A stretch of DNA of 64,000 nucleotides from Eledone cirrhosa (GCA_964016885.1 OZ024748.1:18786001-18850000); one strand, 5' to 3'; positions 1 through 15,230 are shown, counted from the stretch's first letter. The notes: generated by a model not told the origin, from the letters alone. Made by a program: numbers and translations.

Positions 1-1064
1 AAGCATTTAATTAATTAATAATAACAACAACAAAAATATAGATATATAATCCTTTCATGTCTGTATATTTCGTGACACTGTATTTCAATTAATTAATGAA
101 GAATTTTGAGGAATTTACTAAAATTATTAATCATTTCATTTCATTACTAAGATAATTATTTGACATATTGTTCTTATATAAAATTATTTTGGAAAATTTT
201 AATTAAAATAGGAACCTTTTAAAACAGGCAGCTTTGAACTAGAAGTAAGATTTGGCTAGGTTGCTATCGTGATTGTATTTCTAATGAAATAAACTCTATT
301 TCAATTAATTAAGAAACATGTTTTATGGATTTATTAAAATCATTATTCATTTTATTCCCATTATAGTGACTTAACAAAAGGCTCTTACATAAAATTATGT
401 TTGAAGATTTTAATTTAAATAGGAACCTTTTAAAATGATTGGCTTTGTTTCGTAGAACGAGAGCTGTTAAAATTGTTTTAGAAATAAACAGTAATATGTA
501 AGTTGACATTGTCAAGCCATCGTTTTGGCTGCTGACTTCTGCTTCTCTTACCAGCCAACTTTCCTTCTAGGCTTAACTTAATCACACCATGAGTTGATCT
601 TTTGATATGACCGTACAGTTTAAGCACTCTAGACCTGACAACTGATGTGATTGGTCTAAGCCTGGTGATGTCAACTTATGGACTGGACTTGACCATTGCT
701 CTTTAAACTCTGCTGTTGGTGATTGAACTTTGTGGAGAAAAAATATCTCACGTTGATGCACAATTCTGCAGCTAGCGGAGTTTAGTGTTTGGATATGTAA
801 GTTAGACATAAAGGTGTGAAAATGGGATTAAAGTAAGACAAAAGAAAATGGTTTACATTTTTAACTGTGATGATTGTGGTAAGCTAGGCATTCTCATTTT
901 CATTCCTTTATTTCTAATTGGATTTGTATTGGCTTTCTTAAAACAATCTTAACCACATGTCTCACAATGCTTTATATTGAGTACATCAAAATATAGATTC
1001 TGTATCAATTGTGGAGCTTCACCATATCACTGTCTATGTGGATTAGTCTATGTGGATTAATATA

Positions 1065-1386
1065 ACAATGATGATGGTGGTGGTGGTGGTGAATAGATAT
1101 AATGATGATGATGATGGTAGTGGATGATGATTGTGATGGTGATGGTGGATGATGAACGTAATGGTGGTGGTGGTGGTGGTGGAGTGGTGGATGATGATTG
1201 TGATGATGATGGCTGTGATGGTGAAGATGATGATGATGATGATATGTGTTGATGGCGGTGAAGATGAAGATGATGATGATGCCGATTAAGATAGTGATAA
1301 TGATAGATGATGATGATGACGATGATAATAATGGTGACAATGATGATAGCTGCAGATGGTAGTGATGATGATGATGATGATGATGG
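1065..1386. repeat. (GAT/GGT)n trinucleotide low-complexity tract
   Basis: Degenerate gat/ggt triplets in the intron next to the FERM exon. Confidence 0.9.
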
Positions 1387-1417
1387 TTTCAAGAAGGAAT
1401 GGTTCAATAATAGTTAC

Positions 1418-1522
1418 CGATTGGTTATTCTGGTCCAGGAATCTCAAACCAAAGTAGTCCCTTTCCAATAGATTGACATGGTCAAAGACTTTCCTCAGCA
1501 AACAGTTGGCTCGGGCTGATGG
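1418..1522 (-). CDS. Internal coding exon of a band 4.1/FERM-domain protein (FERM N-lobe; EPB41/EPB41L4A-like)
   Basis: The minus strand reads ...tttcttctattgtAG | 105 nt | GTaact. The phase 0/0 exon translates as PSARANCLLRKVFDHVNLLERDYFGLRFLDQNNQS and contains the FERM F1 signature HxNLLExDYFGL. The exact paralogue cannot be assigned from one exon. Confidence 0.9.
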
Positions 1523-1850
1523 CTACAATAGAAGAAACACCTAGCTTTTAGTTTATATTGAAGGATGTGAGGCAGTAAAGAGCTGTCAAATATACACACA
1601 TAACCTCTTAGCTTTGTATGGACATATAATAACACACATAAATATAGCTCTACATACAAAACGTTTTTTTTCATTTCAGGTAGATGCACTCCATCATCCA
1701 CTTTTCTAAAAAAAAATATATCATACACAAAACGCCAACCTCAACAGTTTTCCAAGAGATGGCATCATGAATGGCCTGTTATTTTTCTCTAAAACCATTT
1801 TTTCCAATTTCACCCCACCCGTCCCTTCAATCTTTCTAATTTCTCATTTT

Positions 1851-1886
1851 TCTTCTGATGAAGGACTAGCGACCGAAAACTTAAGA
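1851..1886 (+). ncRNA. Degenerate minimal hammerhead-like motif (Penelope-like terminus remnant)
   Basis: tctt-CTGATGA-aggactagcgacc-GAAA-actt-aaga. A related inverted copy lies at about 13367-13400. Stem III is too short or degenerate. Confidence 0.4.
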
Positions 1887-2252
1887 CCCTCTTCCTGCTA
1901 TTTTAAGCATTAACCTAATATATACCTTCCATATACTGTACCGATTGTGTTGTTATTTCTGTTTACCTTTTACATATATATATATAACACATGGATATAT
2001 GCATAACACACACGAATTTTGATACTTAACACAATATACTTTAAAAAAACACACACATTTAAACATCCACATATATTCACAAATAATATCGATACGAATA
2101 CATACATACTTTACTTTGCGTTCCAAAATCGTTACCAAGACTACCTAATGGTTTGTCTTGTTTACTCTCTTTATATTCATTTTTTTTTAACTTTACTTGG
2201 ACTACTTTTTATTTTCTGTATCTCTCCTTTGTGATCCTGTCTATATTTTTGT

Positions 2253-2285
2253 ACTCCTGAAGAAGGGCTAAAGCCCAACACGTTG
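2253..2285 (+). ncRNA. Degenerate minimal hammerhead-like motif
   Basis: CTGAAGA-a-gggc-taaa-gccc-aacac-gttg. Stem II is intact but the GAAAC box is mutated. Confidence 0.3.
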
Positions 2286-2311
2286 AATTTTCTTTCCCAT
2301 TTTTTCATATG

Positions 2312-2390
2312 AAACTACATATGCTGACTACAATATATATTGTTCACTCATATGCAGTACTTCATTATTTATCACACTTCATCAGAAAGC
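2312..2390 (-). mobile_element. Truncated second copy of the 35193 hammerhead element (5' half only)
   Basis: The reverse complement reads gcttt-CTGATGA-agtgtgataaataatgaagtactgcatatgagtgaacaatatatattgtagtcagcatatgtag, which aligns closely to 35193-35268. The GAAAC half is missing. Confidence 0.75.
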
Positions 2391-2814
2391 GTATAATAGT
2401 GAAAGTGACTATTCACTACGTGGTAGAATTCAGCAATGGGATTTTCGTTAAAAAAAATGTAAATATATATATATATATATCAGTATGTCATAATGGGTTT
2501 AGTATATATATATCAGTATGTCATAATGGGTTTAGTATATATATATCAGTATGTCATAAAAGGCAATTAAAAAAGGTTGGTGTCAGCAAGGGAATCTGAC
2601 TGTAATATTCTGCCTCAAAAATTTCCATCCAACCCATGCAAAAATGATGACGATGATGATGATAATGATAATCTCTATCATCATCATCATCATCAACATC
2701 AACATCAGGCAGGTAAATAGATAAGCAGACAGGCAGACAGATTTAAAGAGAGATAAATTGCTAGTTAAATGTATAATTATATAGGCACACATGCATATTA
2801 CAATGACACAAACT

Positions 2815-4400
<1,586 letters not shown>

Positions 4401-5430
4401 TGTATACATGTGTAAGTGTAGGTGTGTTAGGGGGAAGGAGAGGAGGGGTAGCAGCCATCTGCCATTAAGGTTATATCAAGTTTCTTTAACAAAATTCTGC
4501 AAACTTAACCCCTCACCCAGACCCACCCCCTTACCCACCCGTCAATCTACCTATTCCCACCCCTACCCCCATACCTACACACCTTTACTAATTTCTGTGA
4601 TGACAGGTCTAGAGTTGAGAACACACCAGCCCACACACCTTCACCCCCACCCCCACCCACTCCCAGCCCAACACATTCCTATATCATCCCCCCGCCCTAC
4701 CCTCATACTCCACCCATCACTACTCCATTCCCACCTCTCCTTACTAATTTCTATGGTGACAGGTGAAGGGAAGGGGGTAACTATCATGTGCCCCACGACC
4801 AGCACCAGCACCAGCACCACCACCATCAGATATGTCTGCTACAGGGTGGGTGGAGGGTTCATTAGACCCCTCTCTCACTCCGCCACCTTCACAACTCCTG
4901 TCTGATACGGAGGGGGAGGAGAGACACATCACTTACACCACCACCACCACCACCACCACCACCACCACCAGACATGTCTGTTACAAGGTGGGGAGATTCA
5001 TCAGCCCACCCCCGCCTGCCCCTTCCACAACTCCTGTCTGTTGTGTGTGGGGGGGGGGAGACACATCACTTACACCCCCACACCACACCCCCACCACTAC
5101 CATCACCACCACCCAACGTTTGTTACACAAGGTGAGGGTAGGGGTATCTATTATCCATCCACCCCACCATCCCTGTCTGTTTGTATGGGTGGCGGGGAGA
5201 GGGGGATCTTACCGCCGCCCGCCCCCTCCACATCCATGCACCCCACCACACCTGTCTGTTAAATCTCAAACAGTTGACACCTCTCACATGCAATCGCTGC
5301 TTCAGAGTCTGCTAATGAATAAATAACTAAATAATTAAATAAATCAAATATTTTACTGAGGTAGGGGTGAGGTGGGTTCAGGTGAAGCCTGAAAAAAAAA
5401 AAAATTCAAATTAACAGTTCACACTTAAGT

Positions 5431-6380
5431 AGGTTTAGCTGGGTTCATACCAGTATTGAATCTCATAGAAGGTTTCTTGGGTGTTTTAATGATAGGGGCC
5501 TCTCTCCTGTCACACACATATGTATCTTGTTACAACTCACACCTACACAGGTTTAGCTGACTTCATACCAGTGTTGAACCTCATAGAAGGTTTCTTGGGT
5601 GTTTTAATGATAGGGGCCTCTCTCCTGTCACACACATATGTATCTTGTTACAACTCACACCTACACAGGTTTAGCTGACTTCATACCAGTGTTGAACCTC
5701 ATAGAAGGTTTCTTGGGTGTTTTAATGATAGGGGCCTCTCTCCTGTCACACACATATGTATCTTGTTACAACTCACACCTACACAGGTTTAGCTGACTTC
5801 ATACCAGTGTTGAACCTCATAGAAGGTTTCTTGGGTGTTTTAATGATAGGGGCCTCTCTCCTGTCACACACATATGTATCTTGTTACAACTCACACCTAC
5901 ACAGGTTTAGCTGACTTCATACCAGTGTTGAACCTCATAGAAGGTTTCTTGGGTGTTTTAATGATAGGGGCCTCTCTCCTGTCACACACATATGTATCTT
6001 GTTGTTACAGCTCACACCTACACAGGTTTAGCTGACTTCATACCAGCGTTGAATCTCATAGAAGGTTTCTTGCGGGCCCGTCCTAATATACACACATATA
6101 TGTATGTTATTGCTACAGCTCACACCTTCGTAGGTTTAGTTGGTCTCCTACGAGTACTTGAATCTCATAGAGGTTTCTTGGGTCTTTTAGTGATAGTAGC
6201 CCTCTCTCCAACCATACACACATATATGTATGTTATTGCTACAGCTCACACCTTTGTAGGTTTAGCTGGTCCCCCATGAGGTTGAATCTTATAGAAGGTT
6301 TCTTGGGTGCTTTAATGATAGGGGCCCTCTCTTCTACCAACACACACACATCCATGTTGTTGCTACAGCTCACACCTATG
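5431..6380. repeat. 118-bp tandem satellite, about 8 copies
   Basis: Unit starts aggtttagctg at 5431, 5549, 5667, 5785 and 5903 (period 118). The 3' copies are more diverged. Confidence 0.95.
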
Positions 6381-6555
6381 TGTTTATACTTCTACTGGCT
6401 TCAATTATGTCATTAGACTATGGCCATGCTGGGGCACTGCTCCCTCCCACTACTAAATACCCTGTCCCCCACCCCTACCATTGCTAAACACTTTGTCCCC
6501 TCCCACTACAAAACCTTTGCCGTCTATATATTTCCTCCACCTCTACCACCTATCT

Positions 6556-7404
6556 TTTACCCACAGACATTAATATTTACCCACAGACATTAATATTTAC
6601 CCACATACATTAATATTTACCCCCACAGACATTAATATTTACCCACAAACATTAATATTTACCCACAGGCATTAATATTTACCCCCACAGACATTAATAT
6701 TTACCCACAGCCATTAATATTTACCCCCACAGACATTAATATTTACCCACAGACATTAATATTTACCCCCACAGCCATTAATATTTACCCCCACAGCCAT
6801 TAATATTTACCCCCACAGACATTAATATTTACCCACAGACATTAATATTTACCCCCACAGACATTAATATTTACCCACAGACATTAATATTTACCCCCAC
6901 AGACATTAATATTTACCCACAGCCATTAATATTTACCCCCACAGACATTAATATTTACCCACAGACATTAATATTTACCCACAGACATTAATATTTACCC
7001 CCACAGACATTAATATTTACCCCCACAGACATTAATATTTACCCACAAACATTAATATTTACCCACAGGCATTAATATTTACCCCCACAGACATTAATAT
7101 TTACCCACAGCCATTAATATTTACCCCCACAGACATTAATATTTACCCACAAACATTAATATTTACCCACAGACATTAATATTTACCCCCACAGACATTA
7201 ATATTTACCCCCACAGACATTAATATTTACCCCCACAAACATTAATATTTACCCACAGACATTAATATTTACCCACACAGACATTAATATTTACCCCCAC
7301 AGACATTAATATTTACCCACAGACATTAATATTTACCCACAGACATTAATATTTACCCCCACAGACATTAATATTTACCCACAGACATTAATATTTACCC
7401 ACAC
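6556..7404. repeat. 20/22-bp minisatellite tttaccc(cc)acagacattaata, about 40 copies
   Basis: Direct tandem units differing by a 2-C indel. Confidence 0.95.
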
Positions 7405-8129
7405 AATTTTAAATTTGAACCCCAACACCCTGTGATTGACCTTAACATTTGGTAGTGACCTACAAAGGTCAAGACTACTACCTCTCCCTTTCTCACTAAT
7501 TAATTTGGGGTGAGGAAGGGAAAGTCGATTAAACCGACCCCAGTGTCTTACTGGTACTTTATTTTATCAATCCCGTAAGGATGAAAAGCAAAATTAATTT
7601 CGGTGGGATTGCACGTAAAGGGACGGAACTCTGTTGCAAAATATGTTGTCCGACACTGCCAATCCACTGCCTTTTTCCAATTAATAAAACACGCACATAT
7701 ATATACATACACATATACATACACTCACACTCACACACACACACACATATATGTCTATATAATTATACACATACATATATAAAAAATATACACATTTACA
7801 TACACACACATACACATATACACACATACACATATATGTGTTCATGCATATTCACTCACACAGAAATACATTTTACACAAACATACATATATAGAAACAT
7901 GCATACACACACACACACACACTCACGCAGACGCTCATACATAAACACACATATATACACATACACATATATACATACAAACAACATGTATATACACATA
8001 CCTAAACACATATACACACACAAAAACATACATAAATGCATACACTTATACACACACACACACTCCCACCAATAATTACCACTCCCCTTTTGATGTTATA
8101 TATTTATTAAAATGTCTTTGATGTCATTG

Positions 8130-8372
8130 TATTGTTGTTGTTGTTGTTGTTGTTTTTGTTGTGGTTATTGTTGTCATTATTGTTGTTGTTATTGTTATTG
8201 TTGTTGTTATTGTTATTGTTGTTATTACTGTTACTATTGCTGTTGTTGTTGTTATTGTTGTTGTTGTGGTTATTGTTGTCATTATTGTTGTTGTTATTGT
8301 TATTGTTGTTGTTATTGTTATTGTTGTTATTACTGTTACTATTGCTGTTGTTGTTGTTATTGTAATTATTAT
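8130..8372. repeat. (TTG/TTA)n tract with an internal duplication
   Basis: Direct inspection. Confidence 0.85.
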
Positions 8373-9019
8373 TAAATATTTTAGATGTTACCATTTCTGT
8401 GGTTTATTGTTGTTATTATAATTCAGCTTATTTGTTGTGATTTTGTTATTATTGATGTTGTTGTTGTTGTTGTTGTTGTTGTTGTCATAATAGTATTTTG
8501 GGGAGGAGGAGGAGGTTATTATTACCATTTCTATTGTTTATTGAGTCCTGTTTTTTCTCTGTGTTTTTAATATTGTTGTTGTTGTTGTAATGTCTTATTG
8601 TTTGTGTTGTTGTTACTATTGTTATTGTGGTTGTAATTTTACCCAGTTTTGTTGTGATGTTGTTATTGTTGTTATAACTTGTCCTGCTCATTGTGATGTT
8701 GTTGTTGTTGTAATGTGTTGTTGTTACTGTTGTTATTGTAATTTTACCCAGTTTTGTTGTGTAAATCGACCCCCAGTGTATCACTGGGGTCGATTTTAAT
8801 CTACTTTATCCTCTCCAAAAATTGTTGGCCTTGTGACTAAATCAAACCATTATTATTGCTTGTGTCAGGGTGGTGGATTAGCAGCATAGAGTTACAGCCC
8901 TTTACGGTCTGAGTTCAAATCCCGCCGAGGTTAACTTTGCCTTTCATCCTTACTGGGTCAATAAAATAAAACACCAGTGCCTATATTGCTTGTGTCATTG
9001 TTGTTGTTGTTGTTAGTGA

Positions 9020-9700
9020 AGACACGTTGTTTAGTGGTTAAGGGTGTTTGGCTCACAATCTTAAGCTTGTGAGTTCAATTCCCAGACCAGGCAGCACATT
9101 GTGTCCTTCAGCAAGACACTTTATTTCACGTTGCATCAGCCCATTCAGCTGGCAAAAGTGAGTTATATCTATAATTCAAAGGTCCAGCCTAGTCACACAC
9201 TGTGTCATACTGGATCTCCCTGAGAATTACATTAAGAATACATATATTTGTGGGAATGCTCAGACACTTACATAACAAGATGGATTGTACTTGTTATTCA
9301 AAGGACCAGCCTTGTCACACACCGCATCATACTGGATCTCCCTGAGAATTACAGTAAGGGTACACGTGTCTGTGGAATGCTCAGCCACTTATACTATGAG
9401 ATGGACTGTACTTTTAATTCAAAGGGCCAGCCTAGTCACATACTGTGTCATACTGGATCTCCCTGAGAATTACATTAAGGATACATATATTTCTGGGAAT
9501 GCTCAGACACTTACATAATAAGATGGACTGTACTTGTTATTCAAAGGAGCAGCCTTGTCACACACCGCGTCATACTGGATCTTCCTGAGAATTACATTAA
9601 GGGTACACATATCTGTGGAATGCTCAGACACCAACATTAATTTTATCAGTAGGCATCCCTGTTGATTGAACCAACTGGGGTCCTCAGCATCAGAAACAAC
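9020..9700 (+). mobile_element. tRNA-derived SINE (family B) with an internal ~121-bp segment tandemly amplified about 4 times
   Basis: Head with tttagtgg and gagttcaattccc boxes, then agcaagacactttatttcac. The ttcaaagg..cagcc unit recurs about every 121 nt. Confidence 0.8.
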
Positions 9701-9899
9701 AGAGGTCTGACCACATTGTTGTTGTTATAATTTTAACTTGTTTATTGTTGTTGTTAGTGTTGTTGTTATAGTTATATTGTTGTTATTATTGTTATTCTTA
9801 TTTTACCTTGCTTGTTGTTGTTGTTGTTGTTGTTGTTATTATTGTTGTTGCTGCTGTTGTTGTTGTTATGATTGTTGTATTCATCATTTTTCATCATTT

Positions 9900-10222
9900 C
9901 ATTTTACGTCTGCTTTTCCCTGCTTGGGTGGGATGGGAACTGATTCTGGCTTGATTTCTACAGCTGGATGCCCTTCCTAACACCAACCTCATTTACAGTG
10001 AGTGCTGGGTGCTTTTTTTGCTGTGGCACCTACACGACCACTTTGCAGTGGAATGATAGGGACCCCAGTCCCTATAATCTCATTTCTACAGCTGAGTAAA
10101 CTGGAGCAATGTGAAATAAAGTGTCTTGCTCAAGGAAACAACACACCACCCGGTCTGAGAATTGAACTCACAACCTTTCAATTGCAAGGCCAATGCTTTA
10201 ACCACTAAGCCATGTGCCTCCA
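9900..10222 (-). mobile_element. tRNA-derived SINE family B, full length
   Basis: Reverse complement of the 26817 and 46138 copies. A box tggcttagtgg, B box gagttcaattc. Confidence 0.85.
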
Positions 10223-11129
10223 ATTGTTGTTATAAATCTACCTTGCTTGTTGTTGTGGTTATTGTTTGTGTCACTGTCTGAATTTTATCTTGTTGGCTGC
10301 TGTTGTTGTTATTGTTGTTATTGATATAATTGTTATGGTTGTAAATTGGCCTTGTTGTTGTTATTATAATTTCATCTTGTTTGTTGTTGTTATTATAATT
10401 TCATCTTGTTTGTTGTGTTGTTATAATTTCACCTTGTTTGTTGTGTTGTTGTTGTCGTTGATATAATTGATATAGTTGTAAATTTGCCTTTGTTTGTAGT
10501 TGTTGTTGTTGTTATTGTTGTTGTTATAATTTCACCTCGCTCGATGTGTTGTTGTTGATATAATTGATATAGTTGTAAATTTGCCTTTGTTTGTTGTTGT
10601 TGTTGTAAATTGTCTTTGCAATGTCTCTTTCATCCGGATGCCCTTATCATTATGTATGTTGTTGTTGTTGTTATTAATCTGTCTTGTTTGTTATGATATA
10701 GTGTTGTAATAAATCTACTTTGTTGTGATGATGATGTGTTGTTGTAATAAATCTACTTTGTTGTGATGATGATGTGTTGTTGTTGTTGTAATAAATCTAC
10801 TTTGTTGTGATGATGTGTTGTTGTTTGTGTTGTTTTTGTTATTGTTATAAATCTACCTTGTTTGTTGTGATGTGTTGTTATTGTTTGTGTTGTTGTTGTT
10901 GTTATTGTTTGCTTATTTGTTTTTCTCTTTTGTTTACACCATCCCCACCCCACCCCATTTATTATTAAAATAAAATCAACAACAAATCACCACCCCCACC
11001 TCCACCCTCACCAAACCATTAGTCACTCCCCTCTTTCAATATTACCTCTCCCCTCTCCTCATCTATCACAACCACCAGCTCCACCTACAGGAAGTTGATT
11101 CAAACAACACTAAACTTTATTAAATTATT

Positions 11130-11440
11130 AGTCACATGTAGTAGTGATGGTGGCTGTGGTGGTTGTGGTAGTGGTGGTTGTGGTGGTAGTCATGGTGGTA
11201 GTTGTAGTAGTAGTGGTTATGGTGGTAGTAGTTGAAGTGTTGTTAGTTGTCGTGGTAGTGATAGTGGTAGTTGCCGTAGCGGTAGTGGTGGTGATAGTAG
11301 TGGTGGTGGTTGTGGTAGCAGTAGTGGTAGTGGTTGTAGTAGTAGTGATTGTTGTAGTAGCAGTGGTTGTCATAGTAGTAGTAGTGGTAGTAACAGTAGT
11401 TGAGGTTTTGGTGGTAGTAGTGGTTGTGATAGTACTGGCA
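11130..11440. repeat. (GTA/GTG)n tract
   Basis: Direct inspection. Confidence 0.9.
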
Positions 11441-11494
11441 ACTCTGTGATATATTTATTCACAAAGGAAAATAGATAAAAAATAAAAATTTTTT

Positions 11495-11617
11495 AATAAT
11501 AATAATAATGAAATTATTGTGTACAGTGCTCAGGTGCACTACAACTCATCAAAGGTGCATGTATAGTACATAGAATAATGTACAAATGTCAGGAAAATGA
11601 ACAGTGTATGAGTCATG

Positions 11618-11653
<36 letters not shown>

Positions 11654-11830
11654 AATATTGTGTACAGTGCCCAGGTGCACCACAACTCATCAAAAAGTGC
11701 ATGTACAGTACATAGGGCAATGCACAAACATCAGTAAAATGAACAGTGCACGAGTCATGATACACACATGTGTGCATGTGTATGGAAGGGGTACATCAGG
11801 TGTAGTTTTGGCGTATTTCGGGGTTACGAA
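11495..11830 (-). mobile_element. Two tandem short 3'-end fragments of a non-LTR element with (TTA)n tails
   Basis: The ...gatgagttgtrgtgcacctgrgcactgtacacaat segment occurs twice. A near-identical opposite-orientation copy lies at 59700-59805. Confidence 0.6.
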
Positions 11831-11874
11831 AAACTATTTTTCTTTGGCCACGAGGCTACCCATCTGTTTATTGT

Positions 11875-12120
11875 GGGCACATGGCATAGTGGTTAGAGGT
11901 TGTGAGTTTGATTCCCAGATTGGGTGGTGCAATGTGTCATTGAGCAAGACACTTTATTTCACATTGCTCCAGTTTACTCAGCTGTAGAAATGAGTTACAA
12001 TGTCTCTGGTTCCAAGCTCTATCACCCTTTGCCTTTCCTTTGGACAACATCGGTGGCATGGAGAGGGGAGATTGGTATGTATGAGTAACTGTTGGTCTTT
12101 CATAAAAAAACCTTGTCCAC
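11875..12120 (+). mobile_element. SINE family B copy (diverged)
   Basis: Contains ggcacatggcatagtggttagag...ttgagcaagacactttatttcac. Confidence 0.75.
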
Positions 12121-12340
12121 CATATATTCGGGGGCTGCCTACTCCCAATACAAAATTTTTTTACAGGCAGTCCCCGAATCAAATTTTCATTTTTCAATTT
12201 CCTATTCTCTTTTCCCTATCTTCCATAAGTTTACATTCAATGTAACCCTGTTATGTAATTCTGTTGAAGTTACTTGATCAGATCGTCTTGTCTTGCATCA
12301 TAATTTGATGATGGAGCTGGGCTATCGAAATATCTGTATG

Positions 12341-12387
<47 letters not shown>

Positions 12388-12672
12388 GTATATATATATG
12401 TGTGTATATATATATATATAGTTGTTATATAGTTATCTTTATTTTGATATATATATATATATATATGGAAAATAATAATAAAGATTTGAAGATGCACCTA
12501 ATGTTTTTTTATATATATATGTAAATATGCATAAGGAATTGAAATTTATACAAATTAAAATATAGTATTAAAAAAATATAAAATATAGATGGGTGTGCAA
12601 AAATAGACATGATTAGCTAATAAGTTTTTGTAGTAACCAGGTTCCACTATGAGCAGCTTTTCAAAATTTCAT

Positions 12673-12754
12673 GACCCGCAGGTTCGACGGACACGTCTAA
12701 TGATTTCGTCTAATGCTCCGAAATCATTAGACGTGTCCGTCGAACCTGCGGGTC
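12673..12754. repeat. Perfect 36-bp inverted repeat with a 10-nt loop
   Basis: 12673-12708 is the exact reverse complement of 12719-12754. Confidence 0.95.
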
Positions 12755-12820
12755 CAGAATCAGACAGATCCACACAATGATCGCGTCTCGAGCTGTCTGC
12801 CGGGGAAACAATTGTAACAC
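12733..12820 (+). ncRNA. Hammerhead-like fold with a degenerate core
   Basis: gtgt-CCGTCGA-...cagacag/ctgtctg...-GAAAC-aatt-GTA-acac, then AATAAA at 12823. Alignable to the 52670 element. Confidence 0.55.
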
Positions 12821-12942
12821 ACAATAAATTGAGTTCAGAGGCATCACTGATTTTTTGTTTTCTATTCTATCATACTCTGCTCTGTAAAAGCATAGAGTGC
12901 TCAACTGGCATACCGACTATGGAAGCATCTTAGCTACCATCA

Positions 12943-13014
<72 letters not shown>

Positions 13015-13016
<2 letters not shown>

Positions 13017-13232
13017 GAACGATCGACTTTCGTCAAATCGGACCGAGGGAACAATGTTTCCGTTGGTCTTTCCAATTGCTAATACTATCTATCGGTCGCA
13101 ACTCCAGGTAGAAGGAGCAACGTGAAATAAAGTGTCTTGCTCAAGGACATAACGCATCGCCTGGTCCAGGAATCGAACTCACAACCTTACGATTGCGAAT
13201 CCAATTCTCTAACCACTCAGCCACACGCCTTC
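13015..13232 (-). mobile_element. SINE family B variant
   Basis: Homologous to 19950-20170 (-) and 34775-35032 (+). A and B boxes are on the minus strand. Confidence 0.8.
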
Positions 13233-13831
13233 ACTTATATATATATATATATAAATACATATCTATCTATATGCAAAGAGTAAAAGGAAAAAAAAAAATA
13301 ACACAACAGATGATGAAGTACAATGAAGATATATATTAGTTTCATGCTTAATATAGTATAAAAAGTGTTAACATTTCAGGTGCTAGTCCTTATCAGAAAA
13401 TAGAATGGGAAATTAAAGAAGAAGTAGAAAGATAGAGGTGAATGAGCAGGGGAAGAAATTAAAATATATGTGTGTGATTATAGTGTATCTGATGTACTTG
13501 TAAGAAATAGAACGGAATAAAAGTACTAGAAGTTGAAGAGAGTGTGTCCCCTAAAAATTGTAGGCCCATGTCAACTGGCTCACCTGCCTCCCACCCTCGT
13601 ATCCATCATCGCACAAAATAGTTATAAACCAATGAAGAATCCTCTAAGTGGTTACTACACATGCTAGAAATAGCAACGGACTCACCGTTTAATCACACCC
13701 TAGTGCTTTAAAAACAAAGTGCCAATCTTAAAAATATATGGTGATAGTTATGGCTGGAAATTTTTGACCATAGGTGTGGTCAGTTATGGTTAACTTGATG
13801 CTAAATGCTAACACCATCAATGTGGGTGTGC

Positions 13832-13872
<41 letters not shown>

Positions 13873-14569
13873 TACACACACACACACATGTATGTATGTG
13901 TATATATATATATATATATACACATACATACATAGATATATATATATCACATACAAGTATACACTGATATATATGATGTGGATAAATGGTGCTTTTTTTT
14001 CCTTTGTGGTATACACACACACACACACATATATGCACATATACACACATACATGCACATATACACACACACATATATGCACATAATACACACATGCACA
14101 CACAGAATATACTGACTCAAACACACACAATGAGAAACTGACAAAAACAAAGTTTTAACCCCGACTCATTTATTTACAAACACACTCTTACACATAGTTA
14201 CAGACACATACACACATACATATGCACACACACACACTCTCACACACAGTTACAGACACATACACACTTACATATGCACACATACACGCACATATGAACA
14301 CATATATGCACACATACACATAAATATGCACATATACACACACACACACACTCACTCATAGTTACAGACACATACACATGTATATATGCACACATATGCA
14401 CACAACCACACATGCATATTTAAGCGTGCACACAGACACACACACATGCACCCTCACACATACACACACACATTCATATGAGTGCACACACACAGAGACA
14501 CACCCATGCACACACATACACACACACACTGTAGCAATCAGTGGAACATCAAAGTAAACTCGACAAAAC

Positions 14570-15230
14570 ACCACCACCACCACCACCACCATCACCGCGC
14601 CGCCACCACCGCCGCCTCCTCCATCACCACCACCACCACAACACCACTGCTGCCGCCACCACCACCACAACCACCACAACTACCACAACCACCACCATAC
14701 CACCACCGCCACCATCACCGCCGCCGCCACCACCGCCGCCTCCACCATCACCACCACCACCACAACACCACCGCTGCCGCCACCACCACCACAACCACCA
14801 CAACTACCACAACCACCACCATACCACCACCGCCACCATCACCGCCGCCGCCACCACCGCCGCCTACACCATCACCACCACAACACCACCGCTGCCGCCA
14901 CCACCACCACAACCACCATCATACCACCACCACAACCACCACCATACCACCACCACAACCACCACAACTACCACAACCACCACCATACCACCACCGCCAC
15001 CATCACCGCCGCCGCCACCACCGCCACCTCCACCATCACCACCACAACCACAACACCACCGCCACCATCACCGCCGCCGCCACCACCGCCACCTCCACCA
15101 TCACCACCACAACCACAACACCACCGCCGCCGACACCACCACCACAACTACCACAACCACCACCATACCACCACCACCACCACCACCACAACTACCACCA
15201 CCACCACCGCCGCCACCACCACCACCACCA
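14570..15230. repeat. (CAC)n-derived tandem repeat
   Basis: Direct inspection. Confidence 0.9.

Noticed and set aside
6556-7404. CRISPR-like appearance of short regular repeats (also 25152-25762 and 59570-60220)
   Set aside because: There are no unique spacers and no cas genes, and the context is eukaryotic. These are plain minisatellites.
8763-8797. Hairpin aaatcgacccccagtg/cactggggtcgattt
   Set aside because: It derives from the internal dyad of SINE family A sequence and is not an independent element.
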